Position numbers and translations under genes: made by a program. From positions 404,577-468,576 of the forward strand of contig CAZDPG010000001.1 of the NCBI GenBank assembly GCA_964507275.1: a DNA stretch of 64,000 nucleotides, in the 5' to 3' direction. Of the stretch, positions 26,876 to 36,682 are shown piece after piece. The stretch's first letter is position 1. Each line of letters opens with the position of its first letter. Source of the DNA: an uncultured Candidatus Saccharibacteria bacterium. GTDB taxonomy: Bacteria; Patescibacteriota; Minisyncoccia; Phycocordibacterales; Phycocordibacteraceae. A model generated the notes under the pieces. It saw nothing but the letters and a program-made list of their open reading frames with translations, searched no databases and was not told the origin of the DNA.

Positions 26876-28534
26876 TTATCTTCGCTTCCTAGTAGCGACG
26901 GCAGCCTTCAGGAACTCCGTGAAAAGAGGGTGTGGATCGAGTGGGCGTGCCTGCAGCTCCGGATGGAATTGCGTACCCAACATGAACGGATGCACCGTGC
27001 GTGGGAGCTCGGCGATTTCCATAAGGACACCATCGGGACTCGTACCCGAGAACACTAGACCAGCATCCTGGAGCGGCTTCACGTATTCAAAATTGATCTC
27101 GTATCGGTGCCGGTGCCGCTCTTCAACAAGTTCTTTCTTGTACGCGGCGCGAGCGAGCGTTCCCTTCTTCAGGTACGCAGGATAGGCACCGAGACGCATC
27201 GTACCGCCGTACTTGTTCGCCGCGAGATGCTTCTTCTGCTCGAGCATCACGTCCACCACCGGATCCTGCGCGTTCTTCTGAATCTCGGTCGTGTGCGCAT
27301 TCTTGAGCTTGAGCACATTGCGAGCGTACTCTATGACCATGAGCTGCATGCCGTAGCAGAGACCGAAATACGGAATCTTATGCTCGCGTGCGAACTGTAT
27401 CGCTTTAATCTTCCCTTCAATGCCACTCTCGCCGAAACCGCCCGGGACGATAATGCCGTCGAAGCCGGCAAGCAGCGCCGAAGGTTTCGCACCGGCTTTC
27501 TCAAGATGCTTCGAGTTGATCCAGGTAATCTTCGGATAGCGCCCGAGCTTGGCAGCCGAGAACTTGATAGCTTCGATGACCGACAGATACGCATCGGAAA
27601 GCACGAAATCGCCCGAATCGAAATATTTCCCGACAATCGCTATGGAAACCTCAGGAGCTTTCTTATTCGCCACCGCCGTAGCGAACTTTCTCCATGCCGC
27701 GAGCGACGCCTTCCTCTTCTCAGGCAGCCTGAGCGCATCGAGGAGCGTATCACTGAACTTGTCCTTCTCGAAATTGAGAGGAGCTTCGTAGATGCTGCTG
27801 ATATCCGGAGCAGCGATGATGCGATCCTTGCGCACATTACACCAGACAGCGAGCTTCTCCTTACGCTTTTCGTCGATGGGTTCCTTGGAACGAGCCACGA
27901 TGAAGTCCGGCTGGACGCCATATGAGTTCAGGTCGCGCACGGCCGACTGAGTCGGCTTCGTCTTCATCTCGCCGAGCGTACCGGGCGTCGGTAGGTACGT
28001 GACCATAACGAACAACACGTCCTCTGGATAATTCATCTTCAAGACACGGGCGGCCTCGATGAAGAGTGCGTTCTGGAAATCGCCTATCGTGCCGCCGATC
28101 TCGATGACGGACATGCGGCTGCCATTATGCGCTGCGGCGGCCTCAATGCGATGTAATATCTCATCGCGCACGTGGGGAATCGCTTCGACGCACTTGCCGC
28201 CGTACTCAAGTGCGCGCTCACGGGCGATAACCGATTGGTACACCATACCGCTTGTCATATAGTCCTCATTCGTGAGATCGCGCCCGAGGAAGCGCTCGTA
28301 GTTCCCCATGTCCTGGTCGGTCTCGAGCCCGCTCCGGAGCACGAAGGTCTCGCCATGCTCGGTCGGATTCATCGTACCGGCATCGACATTCAGATACGGA
28401 TCGACCTTCACCAGATTCACCGGATACCCTTTCTGTTGGAGCAGGAGACCGATCGAACTCGTAACGACACCCTTCCCGACGCCGCTCATGACACCGCCCA
28501 GGACGAATATATATTTGTGACCTTGTTTTGCCAT
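26876..28534 (-). CDS. pyrG: CTP synthase
   Basis: GGVMSGVGKG, DPYLNVDAGTMNPTEHGE, KTKPTQ, PGGFG, GLCYGMQ, ERHRHRYE, QFHPE. Confidence 0.98.
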   Translation of the reverse strand: MAKQGHKYIFVLGGVMSGVGKGVVTSSIGLLLQQKGYPVNLVKVDPYLNVDAGTMNPTEHGETFVLRSGLETDQDMGNYERFLGRDLTNEDYMTSGMVYQSVIARERALEYGGKCVEAIPHVRDEILHRIEAAAAHNGSRMSVIEIGGTIGDFQNALFIEAARVLKMNYPEDVLFVMVTYLPTPGTLGEMKTKPTQSAVRDLNSYGVQPDFIVARSKEPIDEKRKEKLAVWCNVRKDRIIAAPDISSIYEAPLNFEKDKFSDTLLDALRLPEKRKASLAAWRKFATAVANKKAPEVSIAIVGKYFDSGDFVLSDAYLSVIEAIKFSAAKLGRYPKITWINSKHLEKAGAKPSALLAGFDGIIVPGGFGESGIEGKIKAIQFAREHKIPYFGLCYGMQLMVIEYARNVLKLKNAHTTEIQKNAQDPVVDVMLEQKKHLAANKYGGTMRLGAYPAYLKKGTLARAAYKKELVEERHRHRYEINFEYVKPLQDAGLVFSGTSPDGVLMEIAELPRTVHPFMLGTQFHPELQARPLDPHPLFTEFLKAAVATRKRR

Positions 28535-28535
28535 G

Positions 28536-29462
28536 TTACACCGTCAGATACTTACGAATAGCCAAGACGGAAGCCACGGCACCGAGTACGATGCCCGAAA
28601 ACATGACGATGGCGAAGACGAGGAAGAAGTGATCGCCGTAGTAGCTTGCGATATTGAACCCGCCGAACCATGTTGCCGTCTTCATCCCTGCATACCAGGT
28701 CGCCGGATACAGAAGGACGAGCACGATGGCTGCCGCAGTAACGCCAGTGATAATCCCGGTGACGATAAATGGGCCCTGGATATAGGCGTTACTCGCGCCC
28801 ACGAGCCGCATCACCGCTACTTCATCCTTAGCGACATAGATTGCAAGGCGGATCGTCGCAAAGGCAATGAGAATTGAAGCTATTGCAAAGAGGATGACCA
28901 CGGCGAACCCAATCTCCCGCGTTGCGCGTATGGCGAGCGAGAGCCGGTCGATAACGTCCTTGTTCTGAGCATAGTTGATCCTATCGACGATCGACGCGCC
29001 GCCGGTCGAGAGCGTCGGCGATGCCTCGAGGAACTTCACGATGCTTTCGTATTCTGAGGGATCCTTCGCGCGTATCTCAAGCGATGCATCGAGCGGGTTA
29101 CCGCCGAGTTCATCGAGCGCCTGAAGCGTGAGCTGATCATTCGCATGACGCTCGCGGAACGCAAGGAGCGTTTCCTCTGCAGACGTGTAGGAGACGTTTG
29201 CCACCTGCGGTAGTTTCTCGAGCTGACTCTTCACGGCGAGGATGTCCGCTTCGCTCGCTGTCGTCACGAAGTACACCGACACGTCGACCTTTTCCTTAAT
29301 CGTCGTCAACGTGAAGGTGAGAAGCGCCGAGAGGAAGATGAGCGAGCTAATAATCGCAAGCGTCACCGTCATGATGAGCACTGTCGCAGCCGACACGGCA
29401 CCGCCGCGTCTAAAGCTCTTACCGCCGCTTATGAGCACCCGTTTGAAAATCATCCAGTCCAT
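28536..29462 (-). CDS. ftsX: Cell division permease FtsX
   Basis: TIRLAIY...EVAVMRLVGASNAYIQGPF; downstream of ftsE; start placed at MDWMIF. Confidence 0.92.
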   Translation of the reverse strand: MDWMIFKRVLISGGKSFRRGGAVSAATVLIMTVTLAIISSLIFLSALLTFTLTTIKEKVDVSVYFVTTASEADILAVKSQLEKLPQVANVSYTSAEETLLAFRERHANDQLTLQALDELGGNPLDASLEIRAKDPSEYESIVKFLEASPTLSTGGASIVDRINYAQNKDVIDRLSLAIRATREIGFAVVILFAIASILIAFATIRLAIYVAKDEVAVMRLVGASNAYIQGPFIVTGIITGVTAAAIVLVLLYPATWYAGMKTATWFGGFNIASYYGDHFFLVFAIVMFSGIVLGAVASVLAIRKYLTV

Positions 29463-29466
29463 ATAG

Positions 29467-30144
29467 CTACAGTATATACTTCCCGCCCATGTCATCACGC
29501 ACCATCTTCCCGCGGTCGATAGTGATGACGCGCTTCCCGATGGCGTCGACAATACCCTTGTTGTGAGTCGTGATGATGATCGTCGTGCCGAGTTCATTTA
29601 TCTTCTTGAGGATCTCGACGATCTCATATGTATTAATAGGGTCGAGATTCCCCGTCGGCTCGTCGGCGATGATGAGGTCCGGCTGATTGACGATCGCACG
29701 GCCGATGGCGATGCGCTGCTTCTCGCCCCCTGAGAGCTGATCAGGGAAATGCTTCGCCTTGTCAGCGAGATTCACGAGCTCAAGGATGTAGGGCACATCG
29801 CTCGCTATCTCATCGTCCGAACGGCCGGCGGCTTCCATCGCAAAGGCGATATTCTCATAGGCCGTCTTATTAGGAATCAGACGGAAGTCCTGGAACACCA
29901 TGCCTATCTTGCGACGGTAGTGGTGCAACGCTGAGCTCGGCAGGTCATTCACATCAATCGACTCAAAGAAAACATTGCCGTTGGTCGGACGCTCCTCTGC
30001 CAAGAGCAGCTTGAGGAGTGTCGTCTTGCCTGCGCCCGAGTGGCCGACGATGGAAACGAATTCTTTCGGGGCGACAGAGAGCGTGATATCCTCGAGCGCT
30101 GCGGTGTCTCCGTACTGTTTCGTTACCTTGTCGAAATAGATCAT
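29467..30144 (-). CDS. ftsE: Cell division ATP-binding protein FtsE
   Basis: GHSGAGKTT, VFQDFRL, LSGGEKQR, ADEPTGNLD. Confidence 0.93.
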   Translation of the reverse strand: MIYFDKVTKQYGDTAALEDITLSVAPKEFVSIVGHSGAGKTTLLKLLLAEERPTNGNVFFESIDVNDLPSSALHHYRRKIGMVFQDFRLIPNKTAYENIAFAMEAAGRSDDEIASDVPYILELVNLADKAKHFPDQLSGGEKQRIAIGRAIVNQPDLIIADEPTGNLDPINTYEIVEILKKINELGTTIIITTHNKGIVDAIGKRVITIDRGKMVRDDMGGKYIL

Positions 30145-30153
30145 GCGTTCCTC

Positions 30154-31032
30154 CTATTGTACCGTACTCGCGGCGGCTGCGTCTATAAACCCATCAAGGT
30201 CTCCCTCAAGCACTTTCTCTGGATTGGAGGATTCATACCCGGTGCGATGGTCTTTGACCATCTTATACGGGTGGAGCACGTAGGAGCGGATCTGGCTTCC
30301 CCACTCGTTTGCCGTCGTCGCGGCGATTGAGCGGCCTTTCGCCTCAGCCTGGCGCTGTGCCTCTTCTTTGGCAAATATCTTCGCCTTCAAGAGTTCCATC
30401 GCCTTCTCGCGGTTGGCCAACTGACTGCGCTCTGAAGAGACATGCACTGCGAGGCCCGTCGGCTTGTGGAGGAGACGCACTGCCGTCTCGACTTTGTTCA
30501 CATTCTGACCGCCGGCGCCGCCCGAGCGCGCGAAGGAGACCTCGATATCAGCCGGATTGATAGCAACCGCGTCGGTCGCGACCAGGGCTGGCAGGACTTC
30601 GACAAGCGCAAAGCTCGTCTGACGCTTCGCATTAGCATTGAAGGGCGAGATGCGCACAAGCCGGTGCACGCCCGCTTCATGCTTCAAGCGCCCGTACGCA
30701 CCGACACCACTTATCTCAAGCAGCACGTTGCGGTACCCGCCTTTATCGTTCTCATTAGCGTGCAGCTCGCGAACGCGCCAGCCCTGCCGAGCAGCGTATC
30801 CCTCATACATGCGGCGGAGCAGATGCGCGAAGTCTTCGGCGTCATCACCACCAGCGCCAGCGAGCACCGCGAGCGTCGCGTCGCCTGCGTCATGAGGATC
30901 GCCCGAGCCGCCTTCCTTCAAGTTCTGATACTCCCGCACGAGCTCTTGTGCTTTGTCCTTGTCCGCCCAGAAATCAGGCGATGCCATCATCGCTTCCAAT
31001 TCGGCAAGCCGTGTTTCCCGTTCGTCAGGCAT
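30154..31032 (-). CDS. prfB: Peptide chain release factor 2, N-terminally shortened
   Basis: [11 protein letters not shown] (SPF), [23 protein letters not shown]. Confidence 0.93.
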   Translation of the reverse strand: MPDERETRLAELEAMMASPDFWADKDKAQELVREYQNLKEGGSGDPHDAGDATLAVLAGAGGDDAEDFAHLLRRMYEGYAARQGWRVRELHANENDKGGYRNVLLEISGVGAYGRLKHEAGVHRLVRISPFNANAKRQTSFALVEVLPALVATDAVAINPADIEVSFARSGGAGGQNVNKVETAVRLLHKPTGLAVHVSSERSQLANREKAMELLKAKIFAKEEAQRQAEAKGRSIAATTANEWGSQIRSYVLHPYKMVKDHRTGYESSNPEKVLEGDLDGFIDAAAASTVQ

Positions 31033-31044
31033 TATGCACGAGAA

Positions 31045-31410
31045 TCAATGAACGGTATCGTTGTCCACGCTGCCGCCCATCGCCTCTATTTTCTCTTTCA
31101 ATTCTGCCTTGTTCGCTTCAAGATCCTCAATCTCACCAGTGATTTTCCTGCCGAGCTCGATAAGCCCGTTGCGAAAGGCTTCCGCCTGGGGATCTTCCCT
31201 ATCCACCGCGATATGAATGCTCTGGATGCCCTTATCGCGACTATCTCGTAATTCAATGAGTTTCATCTGCACCTCCCGATATTCCCGACGAAGTCCCTGG
31301 AGCTCTATCTTTTCCAGTTCTTCCCTATGCTCGGCAGCTCTCACCACCGCCCGAGGATTCTCTCGATGCGGTACCGCCTCGTCTCCTTGCGCGCTTTTCA
31401 GGTTTTCCAT
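31045..31410 (-). CDS. Hypothetical coiled-coil protein
   Basis: 121-aa E/K/R-rich ORF in the same orientation as its neighbours. Confidence 0.6.
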   Translation of the reverse strand: MENLKSAQGDEAVPHRENPRAVVRAAEHREELEKIELQGLRREYREVQMKLIELRDSRDKGIQSIHIAVDREDPQAEAFRNGLIELGRKITGEIEDLEANKAELKEKIEAMGGSVDNDTVH

Positions 31411-31463
31411 ATGCCTCGTATTCTACGAGTTTTAGAGGGTATGCACAACTGCGATTACTGCTG

Positions 31464-31536
31464 AGCCGCCTCCCAGGTTTGAACTGGGGACCTACGGTTT
31501 ACGATACCGTCGCTCTACCAACTGAGCTAAGGCGGC
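31464..31536 (-). tRNA. tRNA-Thr(CGT)
   Basis: GCCGCCT acceptor; ACGGT-AT-CGT-AA-ACCGT anticodon arm; GTTCAAAC T-loop. Confidence 0.95.
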
Positions 31537-31582
31537 AATCCCTCATTTCTAGCACAGAAACCGATTCTGAAAAAGTGAGTCC

Positions 31583-32167
31583 CTATTCTTTATCGGCAAA
31601 GACGACGAGACGCTTAGCATAGCTTCTGGAAACAGTGTTCCAGGCCCCACCGCACGTAACGAGATTGAGATGCGCCTTTCCGTCGAGTGAACCGAACACC
31701 TCCGGGACATCTTCATATTCCCCATAGATTCGAAGTTCGCGCACCACAAATGCAGTGCGTACTCCGTTCTCGTCTTCAACATACACAGTATCCCCTCTCT
31801 GCAATGCAGACAGATTGTCAAACACTGCCGGCAAACCATCTTTCCATCCGTAGTGTCCGGCGATGACGGCACTGCCTTCCTCGCCGGGGCGCGGACCGAG
31901 GGAGAACCATGCCGCATTCACGGGACCTGTAGGCACATCCATTGCTCCCTTCGGGGTGAGGCCTACCGACTCCAGAGCCGTATCGACGCCGATGCTTGGT
32001 ATCGTCAGGCGTGCCGGCAATCCAGATCGTATTTCTTCCTCTCCAAGAGACGGCAACGGACCACTCTCTCCGGGGCTTTTCAGGCCAAAGGAGAAAAGTA
32101 TCAGAACGAGCGCGCACCCAGTAAGGGCGGCTACGAGCTGCGAGTTTTGTTTCTCGTGTCTTTCCAT
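31583..32167 (-). CDS. Class F sortase
   Basis: N-terminal TM; PARLTIPSIGVD, GPRPGEEGSAVIAGH, LNLVTCGG, Y..RLVV (His/Cys/Arg triad). Confidence 0.92.
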   Translation of the reverse strand: MERHEKQNSQLVAALTGCALVLILFSFGLKSPGESGPLPSLGEEEIRSGLPARLTIPSIGVDTALESVGLTPKGAMDVPTGPVNAAWFSLGPRPGEEGSAVIAGHYGWKDGLPAVFDNLSALQRGDTVYVEDENGVRTAFVVRELRIYGEYEDVPEVFGSLDGKAHLNLVTCGGAWNTVSRSYAKRLVVFADKE

Positions 32168-32502
32168 CCAGCTTTTAGTTTCTTCGCGAGCGCTTTTATT
32201 TCCGGCGCATGTTCCTTGTATTGTTTGCTATAGGTTGCGGCAACGGTGTCGATCGCCTCCCGATACAGCGGCAGAGTGACGCTCTTTGTCTTCTTAAGCT
32301 TCTTCTCGATGTCTGTTTCCATCTTCGTCATCCAGACCTCAGCTTTTTCCCGATGCTGTTTCCCTTTCGGTCCGAGGAAGTAATACGCCCCGGCACCCAC
32401 AGCCGCTACGCCCACGCCGATTGCTGCCGCTGTGCCTGCCGACATTCCGCTTTTCTTCTTTTTCACGACTTTTTTCTTTGTCACTGCTTTTTTCTTTGTC
32501 AT
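32131..32502 (-). CDS. Lys-rich small membrane-associated protein (YtxH-like)
   Basis: Poly-Lys N-terminus, GVGVAAVGAGAYYFLGPKGK; start placed at MTKKK. Confidence 0.6.
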   Translation of the reverse strand: MTKKKAVTKKKVVKKKKSGMSAGTAAAIGVGVAAVGAGAYYFLGPKGKQHREKAEVWMTKMETDIEKKLKKTKSVTLPLYREAIDTVAATYSKQYKEHAPEIKALAKKLKAGWKDTRNKTRSS

Positions 32503-32524
32503 AAGAGGGGTAGGTAATTGGAGA

Positions 32525-32782
32525 TTAATGAGTACTGCTTTTCTGTTTTCTTTTCCGTCGGAAGAGGAATTGAAAGACACTGCTCTCTCGCATATCGTCG
32601 AGCATCTCTTTCGTCGTATCGCCGATGGCATCAATGTCTTTTTCCGCTTTTTCCAATATCCTCGAGAACGCGCGAAATGCGCGAAGGATGAAGACCAGGA
32701 TGGCGGTGGTCAACACCCCCAGGATGATGAACCCTATCGAGGAGATGAAGAAGAATATCTCTGATTGCATTAGGGTAGTCAT
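32525..32782 (-). CDS. Small membrane protein
   Basis: IFFFISSIGF TM helix followed by a coiled segment. Confidence 0.6.
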   Translation of the reverse strand: MTTLMQSEIFFFISSIGFIILGVLTTAILVFILRAFRAFSRILEKAEKDIDAIGDTTKEMLDDMRESSVFQFLFRRKRKQKSSTH

Positions 32783-32813
32783 GCGTTCATTTTGACTACT
32801 GGTACAGCTGAGG

Positions 32814-34628
32814 TTATGCAGTACGCTTCTTCAGCGTGACGCTCCGCACTGCCGCGATAACTCCGAGGATGCCAGCGAGAAGGACGACATTCCAGGGAGT
32901 TGTCGCGCGAGGAGGGAGTCCTGTGCTCGGCAGTTTCGGCGAAGCGACGACGACTGTCGCAAACGCGAGGTCTGTTGCGGTCAGCCCATTTGCGCTTCCC
33001 GAGGCTGTCGCAATGTTCGTTGTCGTTTGCGTCAGGTTCGTTTTGCAGGAGAACACCCACGACTCATTGCTTTCAAGCAGGTTGTTCTTATTCAGGTCTC
33101 CTGGATGATCCGAGACGCGTCCAGGCAATCCGGTACACTTATCGTCAGTGATGCTGACGTTGCTCAGGGTCGCAGTACCGGGGTTGCTCACGATATACCG
33201 ATAGGTAACCGCACCGGGGGCGGAAAGCGTCAGTACGCTCGGCACCTTCTCCACGTGAATGAGCGGCGACACAATTGATGCGCCGACGACAACCGTAGCG
33301 CTTGCAACATCGATTGCGCTAATGCCGTTCGCCCATCCGGTCGCGGTGACGGTGTTCGTGTGCGTCACAGAAAGTGTTGTAGAGCATCGGTATACCCAAG
33401 TCTCGTTCACCTCGAGCTTACCGTTTGCATTTGCGTCTCCAGAGGAGAGCACGAGCGGGCTGCAACTATCGCCGACCATCGTGATGGAGGACACCGGAAC
33501 TGTTCCGGTATTGCGAAGTGTGTAGGTGTAGGTCACCGGTCCGGGACCGCTGGGAAGTGCCATAGGATTTGCCGTCTTCACCACATCGATTAGTGGCGGC
33601 ACGACGGGTGCAGGCACACCGATGTCGTTGTTCGTGATAACACAGATCTTATTGTCGCCCGGGGAGAGCGTCAGACGGCCATTGCTGTCGCACGCACCAG
33701 AGAACGTCCGTGTGTAGTTGGCATTGCCGGTTTCAGTCACGGTGTACACAGCTGCTGGCGCCGGGAACGTGTTGGTCACGCCCGAGATGACCGGTTTGCC
33801 ATTCACAAAGAGTGGGAAGTCGGTAACAGTCTTCGTCCCGCCACTATCGTTGATGACCGTCTTGACGACGTTGATTGTCCCCTGCTGCGGATTGCTTCCC
33901 GGTATCGTAGTTCCGGTCGCACATCCGGAAATATCGGTAACACCGGCCGTTGACAGAGTTCCGGTAAGCGCCATTAGTCGACCGACAACGGTTGCTCCGG
34001 ACACCAGAGATACGTTGTTGTTCGCAATAAGCGTTCCGACAAACTGATTGCCGGGACTCCCGTTGATGGTAGCGTCTCGATCAATCTGCCAATAGACGTT
34101 GCAGGCATTCACTCCGGCACCCAAGACGACTGTGGCGGCATTCGTGAACGTAAGGTCGTTATTGATTTGGAAAATCCAGATCGACGAAGCATCGCCGTTC
34201 AATGTAAGAGTGGTGCTAATCGTAGCGTCACCGGAGCGGGTGTACAGGCCTGGTACCGGAGTCATATCAGGAGGAGAGGCGGGGTCCCAGGTAGTACCGA
34301 GGGGCTGGTTCGTGGGATTCATACTTGTCCAAGCGGCCGTAGCGGCCGTCTTGGCAGTCCCCGACAGACCACCGGTGCCGAAGTATCTTGTACCTCCTAC
34401 GGTCCAGGGTCCGCTTACCGAGAGACCCGGATTAACACCGAGATCACCAGCGACCGTGGCACCCAGGGCATCGGCAGTCATCGCCGAGCCGGCAAAGACC
34501 GAGAAGCTCGCCGCTGTCCCGAGATCCGGCGCTACTGCCGCTGTTGCGAAGGCAGTCGTTGGTCCGACAAGAATAAGCACCAGAGAAACGGTGAGCGCAC
34601 TTATCGCGATTTTGTGAGATAGGTTCAT
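32814..34628 (-). CDS. Sortase-anchored surface protein: DUF3494 (ice-binding-like) domain, Ig-like repeats, LPSTG signal
   Basis: Signal peptide; LGTAASFSVFAGS, WIFQI, NVYWQI, GRLMA; two V.K...VTY.Y...N.G...D..C repeats; LPSTG + TM + KKR tail. Confidence 0.85.
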   Translation of the reverse strand: MNLSHKIAISALTVSLVLILVGPTTAFATAAVAPDLGTAASFSVFAGSAMTADALGATVAGDLGVNPGLSVSGPWTVGGTRYFGTGGLSGTAKTAATAAWTSMNPTNQPLGTTWDPASPPDMTPVPGLYTRSGDATISTTLTLNGDASSIWIFQINNDLTFTNAATVVLGAGVNACNVYWQIDRDATINGSPGNQFVGTLIANNNVSLVSGATVVGRLMALTGTLSTAGVTDISGCATGTTIPGSNPQQGTINVVKTVINDSGGTKTVTDFPLFVNGKPVISGVTNTFPAPAAVYTVTETGNANYTRTFSGACDSNGRLTLSPGDNKICVITNNDIGVPAPVVPPLIDVVKTANPMALPSGPGPVTYTYTLRNTGTVPVSSITMVGDSCSPLVLSSGDANANGKLEVNETWVYRCSTTLSVTHTNTVTATGWANGISAIDVASATVVVGASIVSPLIHVEKVPSVLTLSAPGAVTYRYIVSNPGTATLSNVSITDDKCTGLPGRVSDHPGDLNKNNLLESNESWVFSCKTNLTQTTTNIATASGSANGLTATDLAFATVVVASPKLPSTGLPPRATTPWNVVLLAGILGVIAAVRSVTLKKRTA

Positions 34629-34650
34629 AAGTAATTATGTTTTAGACGTT

Positions 34651-35898
34651 CTAGTAGGTACTAGCGTTGACTGCCTCGCGTGTAAGCGGCCCGAAATATC
34701 CGCTTGCCGGAATGATGCCCTTCGCCTTCTGATATTTCACGAGGGCCGCCCTCGTTGCTGCACCAAAGGTCGCTGTCTCATTCCCCGAAGAACCTGCACC
34801 GCTCGTGGCAACGGTATAGCCATGCGCGTTCAGGAATTCCTGAAGGGCCTTTACCTCCTTCCCGAGAGAACCGACCGTGAGATTCGCTTTGAACACGGCT
34901 ACAGCCGCACTCGTCACCGAGCCGGTGGCAGTACCCCCGAGCGAAGCTTTCACATTCGCAATGACTGAGGCATCGGCGTTGAACGATGCGAGTACGTCAA
35001 GAATTGCCTGGACCTGTGAGGTCGAGAGTCCCGAAGCGGATGATGCCGATGTCGTCTGCTGTGTCGAGGGAGTTGCTGGCGTAGCGGGAGTGGCCGGCGT
35101 TGTCGTTGTCGTTGCTGGCGTAGCGGGAGTGGTAGCAGTTGTGGTTGGCGCAGTAACGGTATTCGCGTCGAGCGTAACCGCGGCCTGTGCGAGCGCTCGG
35201 CCGTTCAGTACGGCGCCGGTATTCAGCACAATCGACGTTTGGTCCAATATAGTCCCGTTCATGACGGCGGTCGTGCCGAGAGTCGTCTGCCCCGCGACCT
35301 GCCAGAAGACATTGGAGGCCTGTGCACCACCGGAGAGAGTAACGCGCGCACCGGAACTCATAGTAAGATTCTGCGCTATCTGGAAGATCCAAACGTCTTG
35401 CGCACTGCCCGAGAGTGTAACGTCCGTCGGTATGGTGACACCGGTACTCCATTTGTAGAGACCCGGAGCAAGCGTCATGCCGCCGATATTCCCGGCACCG
35501 AGCTCAGTCGCGGTTGGGTTGGTTCTTCCAGCGGCGTCAGTGTAAGCGTTTTGCATATCGAGTACCGCGGTGGTAAGAATCGCGGGCGTCGGATCCGCAT
35601 ATCCAGGTGCATATACTTTCCCGGAAACTATGGCCGACGTAGAGAACGCACCCGCCGAAGGAAGCGTGAGCGCAAATCCGGTCAGATAGCTCGCAGCCGC
35701 CGGACTGAGACCGACATCTCCGGTAATGGAGGTAGCTCCGGTCGTTGAGACACCTGTCTTTGCCAAGATGGTATACCCACCGGATGTTCCGAGGTTTACC
35801 GCTGACGGGCCGGCCGCAAGCGCGACCATCGGCCCCGTAAGAACGAGTGCTAAGGAAAAAACAGACGTGGCGATAGAAACGCTTGTAGCTGTTTTCAT
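34651..35898 (-). CDS. Secreted DUF3494 (ice-binding-like) protein with C-terminal peptidoglycan-binding domain
   Basis: VNLGTSGGYTILAKTG, TLAPGLYKW, WIFQIA, NVFWQVAG, GRALAQAAVTLD; TPA linker; VKALQEFLN..FGAATRAAL..YQ..GYFGPLTR. Confidence 0.9.
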   Translation of the reverse strand: MKTATSVSIATSVFSLALVLTGPMVALAAGPSAVNLGTSGGYTILAKTGVSTTGATSITGDVGLSPAAASYLTGFALTLPSAGAFSTSAIVSGKVYAPGYADPTPAILTTAVLDMQNAYTDAAGRTNPTATELGAGNIGGMTLAPGLYKWSTGVTIPTDVTLSGSAQDVWIFQIAQNLTMSSGARVTLSGGAQASNVFWQVAGQTTLGTTAVMNGTILDQTSIVLNTGAVLNGRALAQAAVTLDANTVTAPTTTATTPATPATTTTTPATPATPATPSTQQTTSASSASGLSTSQVQAILDVLASFNADASVIANVKASLGGTATGSVTSAAVAVFKANLTVGSLGKEVKALQEFLNAHGYTVATSGAGSSGNETATFGAATRAALVKYQKAKGIIPASGYFGPLTREAVNASTY

Positions 35899-36099
35899 AC
35901 CTGCAATTGATTATGTGTAAGACCTTTTCTGACGGAGTGACATTATCGTGCGTACTCAAGCTAGCACACGCACAGAACGCTACCTTCAGTATAGCACTTT
36001 CTCATGGTCTTTTTGTGTCAATACCCTTCCTGTTGATAACAAGCTCAAAATACCCCGAGAAACCCCGGTGTGTCAGGAGAATTCCGTTATCTTTGATTC

Positions 36100-36175
36100 T
36101 GGAGCCGAGAGTCGGGATTGAACCGACGACCTGCGCCTTACCATGGCGCTGCTCTACCAACTGAGCTATCTCGGC
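36100..36175 (-). tRNA. tRNA-Thr(GGT), CCA encoded
   Basis: GCCGAGA/TCTCGGC acceptor; GCGCC-AT-GGT-AA-GGCGC anticodon arm. Confidence 0.96.
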
Positions 36176-36322
36176 GAGCGAGGAAACGTGGGAGGACACG
36201 CCTTCGTGTATTCCCACGTTCTCCGAGCGAGCCGAGACAAGCGTGCAAGCAATGCTTATATCGGCGAACTCGTATTTCCCGCACCTGTGCATACTAGCCG
36301 AGTTTCCCTATTCTTTCAATTT

Positions 36323-36652
36323 TTAATACAGCAGCACGCCGACGACTATTACGCAGTTAGAGAGTCCCATGAGGACATTTGCGAGGAATATATGCTTGTC
36401 TTTGTGCACCGCGCCATATGTGGCCCACAGCACGTTGATGAGGACGAACAAGAGCCATGACGGCAGCGATAGGCCATCGCCGTTTTTCGTCGTGTAGATC
36501 TGGAGTATCTGCGGCACGAGCGCCAGGGGCGCGAAGACACCGACGCCGTACATAAGATAGTCGAGGAAGCGCTTCGGCAAGCTTCGTGCAGGGAATGGTT
36601 CGAGTCCTTGCGTAGCGAGCGCACGCGAGCGCATGTGGTGGAGACCGAGCAT
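36323..36652 (-). CDS. PQ-loop/SemiSWEET-like membrane protein
   Basis: LVPQILQIY..K..GLS motif; three TM segments. Confidence 0.8.
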   Translation of the reverse strand: MLGLHHMRSRALATQGLEPFPARSLPKRFLDYLMYGVGVFAPLALVPQILQIYTTKNGDGLSLPSWLLFVLINVLWATYGAVHKDKHIFLANVLMGLSNCVIVVGVLLY

Positions 36653-36682
36653 AGAGTACGGAAAGCTTGATATACTTATACC

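Noticed and set aside
35060-35150. Repeated GTTGCTGGCGTAGCGGGAGTGG units
   Set aside because: They encode the Thr/Pro/Ala linker; not CRISPR or a mobile repeat.
35899-36030. Leader of the DUF3494 operon as a riboswitch or thermosensor
   Set aside because: Only a promoter-like TGcTATACT and one modest hairpin; no recognisable aptamer.
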